A stretch of 63,621 nucleotides of DNA, the filler included, from Ferroacidibacillus organovorans (GTDB lineage Bacteria > Bacillota > Bacilli > Alicyclobacillales > SLC66), in the NCBI RefSeq assembly GCF_001642725.1. It is 3 parts of 3 records of this genome, joined end to end, with 100 filler letters (N's around TTAATTAATTAA, not from the genome) between each part and the next. Parts side by side here need not be neighbours in the genome. Positions count along the whole stretch, not along the records: positions 1 to 26,092 come from NZ_LSUQ01000034.1; positions 26,193 to 52,152 come from NZ_LSUQ01000035.1; 1 more part is not named here. One strand, written 5' to 3'. How positions within the stretch are numbered: position 1 is the stretch's first letter; the number at the start of each line of letters is the position of its first letter. The translations under genes and the position numbers were made by a program. This document shows positions 20,074 to 29,903 of this stretch, piece by piece. The notes under the pieces were generated by a model. That model saw only the letters and a list, made by a program, of their open reading frames with translations, was not told the DNA's origin and made no database searches.

Positions 20074-20964
20074 TCATGGTACTGTTTCACTCGTTCGGGG
20101 CTTCGTGAAACGGATATGAACTACAAACGCGACGCTGAATAATAGGATGATCAGACCGATCACCAATCGAATCGTAACAGCCTCCCTCAGAAATAGTCCA
20201 CCCCAAATCACTCCGAACACAGGTACTAGGAAGGTGACGGTCAGTGTTTTCACCGGGCCAACCCTGTGAATTAAAGCAAAATAAAACAAGTAGGCAACAG
20301 CTGTACAGAATACGGCCAACCCAAGCACTGAGAAGAGCACAACTCGGGACGGAATCACGTGTGGCAGCGCGTTCAGACTAAAAGGTATGAGTAGCAAGCT
20401 TGCGGCTACTTGCTGACCAATCGCCATGTCCATGGGTCTCTCCCCTTTAAAATGCCTAGATGAGAAGACTCCGGCGATTCCATAGAAAATCGCTGCAAGC
20501 AGGGAGAATGACGCAGATCGCAAGAGGTGCGAACCCTGTTCGCTAGAACCCCCACCAACCAAGATGCCTACACCGATGATGCCCATGACTACGCCAGAAA
20601 ATTTTTTCAATGTAAAGCGATCCTTTGTCCATAGCCAAGCGACTAAGGCTGTGAACATGGGGGTTGTTGCGTTGAGGATAGCCGCTAAACCGGCGCCTAG
20701 GCGCAATTCTGCATAGGAAATCAACGTAAATGGGATCGCTGCGTTTGTTGCTCCTAGTATTAAATACTGCCAACATTTGTGGAGAATTTGTATTCGATGT
20801 CGTGTTATCATTGCAAAAATCATGAGTGTGATTGCGGCTAGAAGCACACGAAGTTCGATGAGTACCAGTGGTCCAAGCGCGGGTGCGCTGATGCGCATAA
20901 ACAAAAACGACCCACCCCAAAGGGCAGACAGAATCAGAAGCATTACTACATCTTTGGCCTTCAC
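20074..20964 (-). CDS. EamA/DMT family transporter
   Basis: About 10 TM, 'LSALWGGSFLFMR', 'AAILNATTP'. GTG start after AAGGAGG. Confidence 0.9.
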   Translation of the reverse strand: MKAKDVVMLLILSALWGGSFLFMRISAPALGPLVLIELRVLLAAITLMIFAMITRHRIQILHKCWQYLILGATNAAIPFTLISYAELRLGAGLAAILNATTPMFTALVAWLWTKDRFTLKKFSGVVMGIIGVGILVGGGSSEQGSHLLRSASFSLLAAIFYGIAGVFSSRHFKGERPMDMAIGQQVAASLLLIPFSLNALPHVIPSRVVLFSVLGLAVFCTAVAYLFYFALIHRVGPVKTLTVTFLVPVFGVIWGGLFLREAVTIRLVIGLIILLFSVAFVVHIRFTKPRTSETVP

Positions 20965-21111
20965 GGTGGTTCCTCCTTGAATCGATGACTTTATCATCAG
21001 TTTTATCAGTTGGAACGTATCGTTGGCTTTCGTATTCTTGTTCTTTCATCCGGCATGCCTTATCATCCCGCAACGAGGGAACTATACTTAGGCACAGAAG
21101 GAGGGAAACGC

Positions 21112-21666
21112 ATGATAGAAGAACAATGGAATGCGATCATCAATCGTGATCCGTCTTATGATGGACAATTCTTTTATGCAGTGAAAACAACAGGAATATT
21201 TTGTCGTCCTTCTTGTAAGTCCAGGGATCCGAACAGGGACAACGTTTTAGTTTTTATGACCGTGGATGCAGCAATGGCGGCGGGGTTTCGCACTTGCAAG
21301 CGTTGCCGCCCAGACCAGTTTCGCAGGCCAGCTGAGGAACTCGTGCACAAAACAATGGAGTATATTGAGATGCATTACTCTGAACCGTTTACGTTGGGTG
21401 GAGTGGCAGAGGCGTTGCACATCAGCCACTATCATTTGCATCATGTTTTCAAGCGATTGACTGGGTTCACACCTGTGGAATTTTTGCTGCAAGTTCGATT
21501 GGCGGAGGCGAAACGACTGCTAGAGGAAACAAACCTAAATGTCACCGAGGCGGCGGTGTCTGTAGGATTCGTAAGCGTAGCACATTTCTCGACCGTGTTC
21601 CGAAAACAAGTTGGACAATCACCTTCTGCGTATCGGAATGTAACTCGGAATTCTAATGTCAGATAA
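21112..21666 (+). CDS. AdaA-like regulator (Ada Zn domain plus AraC HTH)
   Basis: 'DGQFFYAVKTTGIFCRPSC...RTCKRC' and AraC HTH 'VGFVSVAHFSTVFRK'; RBS GAAGGAGGG. Confidence 0.88.
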   Translation: MIEEQWNAIINRDPSYDGQFFYAVKTTGIFCRPSCKSRDPNRDNVLVFMTVDAAMAAGFRTCKRCRPDQFRRPAEELVHKTMEYIEMHYSEPFTLGGVAEALHISHYHLHHVFKRLTGFTPVEFLLQVRLAEAKRLLEETNLNVTEAAVSVGFVSVAHFSTVFRKQVGQSPSAYRNVTRNSNVR

Positions 21667-21689
21667 AAAACACGTCTACTGGGGTATGG

Positions 21690-21770
21690 GGACTGACCCC
21701 CGTTTTTGAGACAGGGATCAAAACTCCTTCTACACCTAAGCAACCAGTCGTCGGAAAGGATAGAAGGTTG
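21690..21770 (-). mobile_element. Possible IS3-family right-end remnant
   Basis: Reverse complement reads ...FRRLVA* then TGTCTCAAAAACGGGGGTCAGTCC, resembling IS3-family terminal IRs. No transposase present. Confidence 0.3.
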
Positions 21771-21826
21771 ACGGGCTACTGTGTTGGATTGAAGCTAAAG
21801 AAAATGTTTTTGCAACTCGAAGAAGT

Positions 21827-22264
21827 ATGGCCAAAGGATCCCTTGCAGTGTTCCATTTGGCCTTTGAATACGATGGATGTCAGACGGTAACGGTATATAT
21901 CATCGATTTTTCCCGTAATCTACAATTTTACCGAAGTCATAATGAAGATGGTTCAATGGGATTTTCTGATGCTTATTTTGTGCTGTACTCTAATGAGGCT
22001 GATTTAAGGCAACGAAAAGAGAGTGACCCAACACGAGAACGAAGAGAATTTGAAAAGCATTTGAATCTAATCGAGCCTCAAAAGAGGCTGTTTACAGCAT
22101 TGAATGATGTTGTACCTGGATACGCAAATTTGATAGAGGCAAAGACGGTAGATGATAACGTGAAATCAATTATTCAATTCAACAAGTCACTCCCAAAGGT
22201 CGAACGTCACTCTGTCGAGTTGTTTGACTTCATGGTAATGTGGATGAAACAGAATGCACCTTAA
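21827..22264 (+). CDS. Hypothetical protein (possibly a 5'-truncated fragment)
   Basis: 145-aa ORF with protein-like composition and no recognised motif. Confidence 0.45.
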   Translation: MAKGSLAVFHLAFEYDGCQTVTVYIIDFSRNLQFYRSHNEDGSMGFSDAYFVLYSNEADLRQRKESDPTRERREFEKHLNLIEPQKRLFTALNDVVPGYANLIEAKTVDDNVKSIIQFNKSLPKVERHSVELFDFMVMWMKQNAP

Positions 22265-22497
22265 GACGTTGCCTTGCTGCGTTTACGGGAGGCAAGTGCT
22301 TGGCAAGCATCACACGCCTAAACTGCATGTTCATGCAGTACGCCAAGTTTGTCACTTATGTCACACTTGGGCAGGATAGCTTCGTACTGAGTCTGACATG
22401 ATATCTGATAGACTTCCAAATGCTGAGCATTTAGATCGTCCGTCTCAGAAGGCTTCGTTGTACTTCCACAGCGTAAGTCTATTCGGGGTACATAAAC

Positions 22498-22953
22498 TTA
22501 CTCAAATTGTTTGGCTTGAGTTCGATAGTTCTTCACAGTTACATGGGGCTTTTCAAACAACGGGTTCGGACAGACACGATTGTATTTCTTGATTTTGATG
22601 TTGATTTCCGCGATTTTGGCCTCCAAGTTTGGCGTGGCGTTCCTGTCCACTGCGTCAATCAGAGACTTCAGCATGTCGCGGATTTCATGCTGGAGTTCCA
22701 GCCAATGGGGAAGCACGTTTGCGTTTTTCATGACTCGAGAAAGGTAATAGTTTTCGTGAACCTTGCCTTCCAGGTTAAGAGGCTTACCTTTACCCTCCAG
22801 ATTGTCAAAGCCGCCCTGTTGTGCGTGTTCTGCGATAATTTGGTCGATTGCGCTTGCATAGTGCCGTTCACGCACAATGGTCTCTGCTGCGTCCTCCCTT
22901 ACATTGTCAGGTATGAAGTTCGTCGACCTTGTTTTTCCCCAGCGAATCTCCAT
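22498..22953 (-). CDS. DUF1992/DnaJ-C28-like domain protein
   Basis: 'GGFDNLEGKGKPL...MKNANVLPHWLELQHEI'; RBS AAGGGGG. Confidence 0.8.
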   Translation of the reverse strand: MEIRWGKTRSTNFIPDNVREDAAETIVRERHYASAIDQIIAEHAQQGGFDNLEGKGKPLNLEGKVHENYYLSRVMKNANVLPHWLELQHEIRDMLKSLIDAVDRNATPNLEAKIAEINIKIKKYNRVCPNPLFEKPHVTVKNYRTQAKQFE

Positions 22954-23597
22954 GATTAATCCCCCTTTTGTTCACAGTAACGAATTAAGGCTAATTTAGT
23001 TTGTTAACTGTCCAATGCAGGTTTAATCAGATGATTACAACAATTTAACCGCGTACGGTGGGGCAGATCACATCAACCACCTTGATGCAGATTTCAATCA
23101 TACGTGCCGTACTAGGACGAATTATCAATTCATCGAGGTTGCATCCAGTCAGTGAAGCCAACGGAACGGGCAGCCACGGTGAGATTTGGCACACGTCGGC
23201 GCAGTAGCGGAACGTTCAGTTGCGGTTCATCCATGTTGACATCACAAATATTTTTTGATTACTTTAAATAGTAACATGATTACAGTGGAATAGAAATATA
23301 CAAACGCACCAGACGGAGAAAAAAGGTTGGAAACTTCATGAACTTCTATTTTAAGGAGAACGCGGTAGAACCTGCTCTATGGAGAACAAGGCGGAGATAG
23401 GGCCTCGTGGTGTAAGATGGACGAACGGGTTCAAAATGTGTGGAACAACAAAATTTTGCATAAACATACGATTAAACCGCATGGCCGTTTGTTCATCTCT
23501 ATGGCGGGAATGTTGAATAAGATCACCGGTTGGGTGATCGGATGTTTTCACATTGAACCTGTTCTTCAGATGATATAGGTCACGGAGGTGAGATCGC

Positions 23598-23666
23598 ATG
23601 GTGCGGGCAAAGATTTTTCAATCAGGGCGAAGCGAGGCGGTTCGTTTACCTAAAGAATTTCGTTTT
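23598..23666 (+). pseudogene. Truncated VapB (AbrB/SpoVT-type antitoxin) N-terminus
   Basis: MVRAKIFQSGRSEAVRLPKEFRF after RBS GGAGGTGA, followed by unrelated sequence. No vapC. Confidence 0.75.
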
Positions 23667-23897
23667 AATTTATTGGCATTCAATTGGAGATGTGTGTTTC
23701 TTGTGTTAGCGCCATCTTTTGTTCAGTGCGGTTTGTTGTTTAACGCTGCCACTAGTCACGCCGTAACACGTACTATCTTTCGATAAAATCTGAATTGTAC
23801 ACGGAGTTGAAACGCGGATAAGCACGATCAAGTTCAAAACCTGCGTACTCCAAGGATAAACAAGAGTTTATGCTTTGTTCCTATGCTTATGAAGAAA

Positions 23898-24269
23898 TCA
23901 CAAACTTAGCCCTCCGATGATTTCGTCAATAACAGGTCGTGTTATACGGTCGATTTTTTTGGCGTCGTCCAAATTAATCCACTTAACTTCTATAATATCC
24001 GCATTTTCGGGTCGGGTCTTATCAAGATGAAGTGAACCACTCACGATGGTGACGCCAAAGGTGAACTTGCCTACGCACTGACGAATAAGTTTGGTGACAA
24101 ACACATCATATCCGGTTTCCTCTTTCAACTCGCGAACACACGCCTCTTCTGGAGTTTCATTGGGGTCAATTTGTCCACCAGGGAAATTCCAAACGATGGC
24201 CCCGCGACTCACTTTTTGACGAACCATAAGTATTTTGTTGTCTTGTATGACGACGCCTTCAGCAATCAT
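23898..24269 (-). CDS. NUDIX hydrolase
   Basis: Nudix box 'GGQIDPNETPEEACVRELKEETG'. Confidence 0.9.
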   Translation of the reverse strand: MIAEGVVIQDNKILMVRQKVSRGAIVWNFPGGQIDPNETPEEACVRELKEETGYDVFVTKLIRQCVGKFTFGVTIVSGSLHLDKTRPENADIIEVKWINLDDAKKIDRITRPVIDEIIGGLSL

Positions 24270-24295
24270 TCGAATCGCCTCTAACCATTTCTGAG

Positions 24296-24676
24296 TTATA
24301 TATACTTCCTAAAGAACTGGTGAATTTTATCTTGATATTCTAGTCCATATGGTTTTAATCCGTGTTCTCCATCTGGATACTCTATGTAGGTGTGTGTTTT
24401 TTTGTACTTGCCTAGCTTTTTTACAAATTCTCTTACCTGTTCAACGGGGACGTGCTTGTCTTTGGCACCGTGGATAATCAAAATCGGGACATTGATTTCA
24501 TCAGCCCAGTATGTTGCGGATCGGGCGATGTATTCATTTTTATGTGTATCTGGATGTCCAACGATTCGTTCACAAATAGGCTTCATGTCATTGCGCTTGT
24601 TGTAGCCATCAAGAAAATCAGCTAGACCAGAGATGACCGTAGCTGCTTTAATGTCGATTCCTTTTCGTAGAGCCAT
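24296..24676 (-). pseudogene. C-terminal part of an S9-family peptidase/alpha-beta hydrolase, cut by an IS
   Basis: 'PILIIHGAKDKHVP...YPDGEHGL' retains the Asp/His. The nucleophile GxSxG segment is absent and the ORF abuts the IS right end. Confidence 0.75.
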
Positions 24677-25990
24677 TTGACCTCCTCCCCATGGATAAAT
24701 CCAGGGGATTCCAACTATCACTAGTTGGCTTTCCTGCTTCGTTGAAGCTTACCTTGACGCGAGGATTGCTTGCGCCCTGGTCTTACGGCTTCTCCACAGG
24801 CGATCACCGCAAGCCCTGCGGCTAAAATATTCTGTGCGGCATTGATGTCGCGATCATGCGTTTTCCCACATTCAGGGCACGTCCACTCACGGACATTCAG
24901 TGGCATTTTCGGTATGATATGACCGCAATCGTAGCAACGCTTACTGGAAGGGTAGAATTTATCGATCTTGACGACCGTTCTCCCGTGCCAGGTCGCTTTG
25001 TATTCCAGTTGGCGGATGAGTTCAGACCAACTCACATCGGCAATGGACTTGGCTAACTTGTGATTGCGAATCATATTTTTCACTTGCAAACTTTCCGCGG
25101 CAATCACTTGGTTTTCGTGAATTAACCTAGTCGTTAGTTTGTGCGTGAAATCTTGGCGACGATCCGCGATGCGAGCGTGTATTCTCGCCACTTTGATTCT
25201 GGCTTTGTCGCGGTTCTTTGAACCTTTTTGCTTTTTGGCGAGTTGGCGTTGCGCTTTTGCTAGTTTCTTTTCGTCTTTACGGAAAAACTTTGGATTGCCA
25301 ATTTTTTCACCACTCGAAAGAATTACCATATGGGTAAGCCCTATGTCCAAACCGAGTTGTGTTCCTATTTTCGGAAGTGGAGTCGTTGGTTCATCTACCA
25401 GAATTGAAATATAGTAACGATTCGCGGCGTCTTTCGATACCGTCACTGAGGATGGCGTGCCAGAAAAATAGCGTGACCATCGAATATCAAGCGGCTCCTT
25501 CATTTTTGCCAGAGTGATGTTTTTACCATCCCACTTAAAAGCAGAGGACATGAAACTAGCCGACTGCTTGTTGTGTTTCTTGTGAAATTTCGGGTAATCC
25601 GTGTGTCCTTCAAAAAAGTTAAGAAAGGCGCGATCCAAATGAGCAAGTGATTGTTGTAAGGTGACGCTCGATACTTCATTAAGCCAAACCGTTTCCGGTT
25701 GCCGTTTCAAGACGGTAAGTTGAGCAGATAAATCTTTGTAATACAAGCGTCTGCCCTCCTTGTAATAGGCATCCGTCTTGAGTCGTAACCCCCAATTGTA
25801 GACATAGCGAACACACCCAAAGGTTCGAGAGAGTAATTGTCCTTGTCCTGCTGTCGGGTAGAAACGGTATTTATAGGCTTTTTGTGTCATGTTTAGATTA
25901 TACCGCATAACACCTAAAAAGAAAACATTCGCCTAACAGTGAGCGCCTTATATCCCCATAGATGAATCAAGGGGTTTTACGGCGCATTTG
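24677..25990 (-). mobile_element. IS200/IS605-family (IS1341-type, tnpB only) element
   Basis: Related subterminal hairpins CCCCATAGATGAATCAAGGGG (left end) and CCCCATGGATAAATCCAGGGG (right end). On the minus strand the left end starts CAAA after TTTAT and the right end finishes in TCAA. Confidence 0.8.
24721..25908 (-). CDS. tnpB: TnpB RNA-guided endonuclease
   Basis: 'AYKYRFYPT', RuvC I 'LGLDIG', RuvC II 'AAESL', Zn finger C..C/CPEC, RuvC III 'HDRDINAA'. Confidence 0.95.
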   Translation of the reverse strand: MRYNLNMTQKAYKYRFYPTAGQGQLLSRTFGCVRYVYNWGLRLKTDAYYKEGRRLYYKDLSAQLTVLKRQPETVWLNEVSSVTLQQSLAHLDRAFLNFFEGHTDYPKFHKKHNKQSASFMSSAFKWDGKNITLAKMKEPLDIRWSRYFSGTPSSVTVSKDAANRYYISILVDEPTTPLPKIGTQLGLDIGLTHMVILSSGEKIGNPKFFRKDEKKLAKAQRQLAKKQKGSKNRDKARIKVARIHARIADRRQDFTHKLTTRLIHENQVIAAESLQVKNMIRNHKLAKSIADVSWSELIRQLEYKATWHGRTVVKIDKFYPSSKRCYDCGHIIPKMPLNVREWTCPECGKTHDRDINAAQNILAAGLAVIACGEAVRPGRKQSSRQGKLQRSRKAN

Positions 25991-26092
25991 ATAAACAGTT
26001 GATCCAAAGAATGATTATCGCAGGATCAAGTCCGAGATGTGGTGTAAATTCGCCCCTCGGTAGAGATTGAGTTATGTCAACTTATCTTGGTG

Positions 26093-26191
26093 NNNNNNNN
26101 NNNNNNNNNNNNNNNNNNNNNNNNNNNNNNNNNNNNTTAATTAATTAANNNNNNNNNNNNNNNNNNNNNNNNNNNNNNNNNNNNNNNNNNN
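26093..26191. other. Assembly spacer (contig junction)
   Basis: N-run/TTAATTAATTAA/N-run, a six-frame-stop linker. Confidence 0.98.
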
Positions 26192-26195
26192 NCAG

Positions 26196-27350
26196 GTGCA
26201 CAGCGTCCTGTTCGATCAACTGCTCGACGGCGGCGTCGTGCAATTGCTCCTGTTTGGGGTTTCGATAAGCCTCGGCATCGCGCAAACGATCCGCGTGCTG
26301 CGCGCGGCGGAGACCCTGCGCGAGAAGATGAGCGCGCTTGGTTTTCTCCTCGCGGCGCTGATCCTGCTCACACACGCATTTCTCGACTTCGACTTTTCGT
26401 ATGCGTACTACGAGGTGCTCTTTTGGATGATGCTCGGCCTCGCCGGAACGGTGCGCCTTGGGCAAGAAGACGCGAAGATCGCGCAAACGCCGCTTGCCCC
26501 TTTGCGCGCGCAGCGGATGGCCAGACAGCGACGCATGCAGTCGTATGCGATCACCGTCGCGCTGCTCGTGTTTTTCGTCTTTGGCGGCATGATGTCAGGG
26601 TCGCAGGTGGCGTTTGGCATGATGACGACACCTGGGTATACGAGCAAGGCGAACCTGGCGGAGGTGCAGACGAGCACCGCGCTCACGCCGTACGACGACA
26701 ACGCCGAGTTTACGCTCGCGAAGTTCGACTACCAGATGCTGCAGTACGGGCAGGGTCAGGCATACGGCGGACAGGCGCTCGCGGCGCTGCGCGTGGCTGC
26801 CGCGACGGGCGCGTGGGACCCAAGCATGCTCACACAGTGCGCGGTGCTGGCGTATCAGATGGGCGATTATACGGACGCGCTGAACTGGTCGCAAGAAGCG
26901 ATCGGCGTCGGCCGCTTCAACCAGTCGGCGTACGAGAACGCGATGGCGATCAAGCTGTTCGTGTCGGCGCGCGCGCTAAAGACCGACCCGGCGGGCGCAA
27001 AGCAAGGCCTGCGAGGGGTTACACAACTCTTTCAGACGCTGAACAAAGAGGCGAAGGTGAGCGATCCGGCGCTCTTCCCGGCGGAGATCCCGCTCACCGA
27101 GAACGCGACAGTGCAGGTGTACGAGGGGCTGGCGCTGGCGCTTTTGGGTCAGTACAAAGCGTCGGAGAGCACGCTCAATCCTTTCCTGACCGCCAACCGC
27201 GACCAGCCTGCGGTCAATCTGTATCTGACCGCGATGGCCATCGACGAAACGGGCTTGAAGCAGAATGTTCCACTGAAAGTGACGATGCAAGAGATGAAGA
27301 AAGAACCGGGCGCACTTCAGGAGTATCAGTTTATCAACGCAGACCGCTAA
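26196..27350 (+). CDS. O-antigen ligase/O-oligosaccharyltransferase-like membrane protein with TPR-like C-terminus (5' partial)
   Basis: 'HSVLFDQLLDGG' and 'HAFLDFDFSY' WaaL-type motifs, TM helices and a helical repeat tail. Begins at the contig edge. Confidence 0.7.
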   Translation: MHSVLFDQLLDGGVVQLLLFGVSISLGIAQTIRVLRAAETLREKMSALGFLLAALILLTHAFLDFDFSYAYYEVLFWMMLGLAGTVRLGQEDAKIAQTPLAPLRAQRMARQRRMQSYAITVALLVFFVFGGMMSGSQVAFGMMTTPGYTSKANLAEVQTSTALTPYDDNAEFTLAKFDYQMLQYGQGQAYGGQALAALRVAAATGAWDPSMLTQCAVLAYQMGDYTDALNWSQEAIGVGRFNQSAYENAMAIKLFVSARALKTDPAGAKQGLRGVTQLFQTLNKEAKVSDPALFPAEIPLTENATVQVYEGLALALLGQYKASESTLNPFLTANRDQPAVNLYLTAMAIDETGLKQNVPLKVTMQEMKKEPGALQEYQFINADR

Positions 27351-27365
27351 GGAGGAGGGCAGATC

Positions 27366-28823
27366 ATGCTGCGAAGGCATCAGGTGTGGATTGGCAGGCT
27401 TTACATGGTGAGCGATGCGTTCATCGTCGTGATCGCCTTTCTCCTGGCGTGGGTGGCGCGTTTTAAGACGGCGATCCTCCCGAAGTACGGCGCGCTTCCA
27501 CTGAGCGACTACCTGAAAATTCTCTACGTGGCGCTTCCCGCATTTCTGATCGTCGCAGCGCTCACAGGGCTCTACAACATCACGCGCAACCAGTCGCTGC
27601 GCCGCGTGGCCGCGCAGTTGCTTGTGAGCGATGCAATGATGGCGCTGACCGCGATGAGCGTGTTGTATTTGAGCAAGGAGCCGTATTCGCGGGCGGTCAT
27701 CGCTTTGTTTGTGATCCTTACGTTTCTCTTCACCATCGGGACGCGCAGCGCCTTGCGACGCATCCTCCAGTCGTTTCGCGCGCGCGGCTTCAACCGCAAG
27801 TACATTCTCATCATCGGGGCGACGCGCGCCACCGAGCGATTCCTGGCGCACGTGCGACGCCATCCCGAGTTTGGCTACGAGATCCTCGGCGGCGTGATCG
27901 CAGATGACGGCCGCGTGGATCGCGAGTTAGCTGCGGCGACGGATGAGCAAGACGGGATTGAAGATCTCGCGCAGCACGCATTTTTTGAGCGGGAGAACAT
28001 CATGTGTCTCGGCACTTCGGCAGAGTTAAGCGCGATTCTTCAGCGGCATATCGTCGATCACATCGTGCTCACCGTGCCGTACTACGCAATGGGCATGTTG
28101 CGCGACGCGGTGCAGATCGCCGAGTACTACGGCGTTCACACGCTGCTCATTCCGGATTTTGTCGACGTGCTGCCGAGTCGACCGCGTTTTGACGAGTTCG
28201 CTGGGTTGCCCATCGTCGACACGCGCTACACGCCACTTGACGAGGTGGTCAACCTCGCGCTCAAGCGCGGCTTTGACCTCGTTTTCTCGCTGCTCGTGTT
28301 GGTCGTGCTGAGTCCGCTCTTTGCGCTGCTCGCCATTCTGGTGCACAAGTCATCGCCCGGTCCGATCATCTACCGGCAGACGCGGCTCGGGAAAAACCGC
28401 AGGCCGTTTACGATGTACAAGTTTCGCACGATGGTGTTGCACGATGCGGATCAGGAAGGCTGGACGGTGGCAGACGATCCACGCCGCACGAAGGTAGGGC
28501 GCTTCATGCGCCGGATGAGCCTTGACGAGTTGCCGCAGTTCTGGAACGTCCTGCGCGGCGACATGAGTGTGATCGGCCCGCGCCCCGAACGTCCGAACTA
28601 CGCCGAGCAGTTCCAGGAGGACGTCCCGCGCTACATGGTCAAGCACCGCATTCGCCCCGGCATCACCGGCTGGGCGCAGATTCACGGGCTGCGCGGCGAC
28701 ACGAGCATCGAGGAGCGCATCGAGTACGACCTGCGCTACATCGAGAACTGGTCGTTTCGGATGGACATGCTGATCGTCCTGCGCACCGTGGTGCACGGGT
28801 TTAGAAATCACAATGCGTACTGA
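27366..28823 (+). CDS. Undecaprenyl-phosphate glucose phosphotransferase (WcaJ/CpsE-like)
   Basis: 'KRGFDL', 'YKFRTM', '[26 protein letters not shown]', 'PGITGWAQ'. Confidence 0.93.
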   Translation: MLRRHQVWIGRLYMVSDAFIVVIAFLLAWVARFKTAILPKYGALPLSDYLKILYVALPAFLIVAALTGLYNITRNQSLRRVAAQLLVSDAMMALTAMSVLYLSKEPYSRAVIALFVILTFLFTIGTRSALRRILQSFRARGFNRKYILIIGATRATERFLAHVRRHPEFGYEILGGVIADDGRVDRELAAATDEQDGIEDLAQHAFFERENIMCLGTSAELSAILQRHIVDHIVLTVPYYAMGMLRDAVQIAEYYGVHTLLIPDFVDVLPSRPRFDEFAGLPIVDTRYTPLDEVVNLALKRGFDLVFSLLVLVVLSPLFALLAILVHKSSPGPIIYRQTRLGKNRRPFTMYKFRTMVLHDADQEGWTVADDPRRTKVGRFMRRMSLDELPQFWNVLRGDMSVIGPRPERPNYAEQFQEDVPRYMVKHRIRPGITGWAQIHGLRGDTSIEERIEYDLRYIENWSFRMDMLIVLRTVVHGFRNHNAY

Positions 28824-29844
28824 GGCGGGGTGCGACGCGGCGGGCGCGGTGCAACGCTTCGCGCCGGATGAATCTCGCACGGGAGGGGGGAAGGTTCATC
28901 TCCCCCGCGTGCAGGTGCAGATCGTCACGCACGAGAGTGCGGACGGACTCGCCGCGTGTCTCGACGCGGTGCTCGCGCAAACGGTCGCGCCTGCGTGTGT
29001 GCTGATCCTCGACAACGCGTCGACCGACGCGAGCGTCACGATCGCAGAGGCGTACGCGGCAAGGCACCCGCGCGTCGTCGTGCACATCCTGCCGCACAAT
29101 CTCGGCTATGCGGCGGCGCACAACCTCGGGTTTACGCGCGCGCTTGACGAGCGGATGACCCACGTGCTGACGCTTAACCCGGATGTCCTCTTGCGCGCGA
29201 CGTATCTCGAAAACTGCCTTGCGGCGCTGCACGACAGAAAAGGGGAGCGTACCGGCGGGGCGACGGGGAAACTCTTGCGCGCAAACGGCGTGACGCTCGA
29301 CAGCACGGGGCTTGTCATGGAGGCTTTCTTTCACGTGCGGGATCGCGGCGCAGAGCAGCGGGACGAGGGGCAGTATGACGTAGCGCGCGATGTGTTTGGC
29401 GTGTGCGGCGCGGCCGCGCTCTACACGGCGTCCTTTTTAAACGCGATGCATCACGCGGCAGGGTATGTGCTTGACGAGACGTTTTTTCTCTACAAGGAGG
29501 ACGTCGATCTCTGCTGGCGCGGCTCGCTCAACGGATTTTCGTTTTTGTACGCGCCAAAGGCGGTGGCCAAACACGCGCGCGGCTGGAAAGCGGGACAGCG
29601 CCCGAACGCACTCGCTGAGACGCACTCGTTTGCGAATCAGCTTTCCATGGTGTGGGTGTATGTCTCGCCGCGCTCGGCTGGGTTTTGGGTCGCCCAACTC
29701 GTCGAGTTTGCGCGCTTTTTGCACCTGCTTGTCACGCGTCCTTCCGTGGCGCGGCAGATCGCCTCACTCTTGTTTGCGCAGCGGGCGCATCGCCAGGAAA
29801 AACGCCGCACGCTGCGAAACGCGCGCCGCAGGGAGGGAGGGTGA
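28813..29844 (+). CDS. GT2 glycosyltransferase
   Basis: 'LDNASTD', 'NLGYAAAHN', 'LNPD', 'FFLYKEDVDLCWR'. Confidence 0.9.
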   Translation: MRTEAGCDAAGAVQRFAPDESRTGGGKVHLPRVQVQIVTHESADGLAACLDAVLAQTVAPACVLILDNASTDASVTIAEAYAARHPRVVVHILPHNLGYAAAHNLGFTRALDERMTHVLTLNPDVLLRATYLENCLAALHDRKGERTGGATGKLLRANGVTLDSTGLVMEAFFHVRDRGAEQRDEGQYDVARDVFGVCGAAALYTASFLNAMHHAAGYVLDETFFLYKEDVDLCWRGSLNGFSFLYAPKAVAKHARGWKAGQRPNALAETHSFANQLSMVWVYVSPRSAGFWVAQLVEFARFLHLLVTRPSVARQIASLLFAQRAHRQEKRRTLRNARRREGG

Positions 29845-29903
29845 GGACACGGAGCGCTGAGAACGAGTTTTCGTAGGTAGAAGGTGCCTGCGATGTGATG
29901 TAG

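Noticed and set aside
24677..24721. N-terminus MIVGIPWIYPWGGGQ of the peptidase ORF
   Set aside because: It is translated IS right-end sequence, not part of the original gene.
26093..26191. TTAATTAATTAA palindrome in N-runs (also at 52153-52252)
   Set aside because: Artificial contig linker. It is not biological, and gene adjacency across it was not interpreted.
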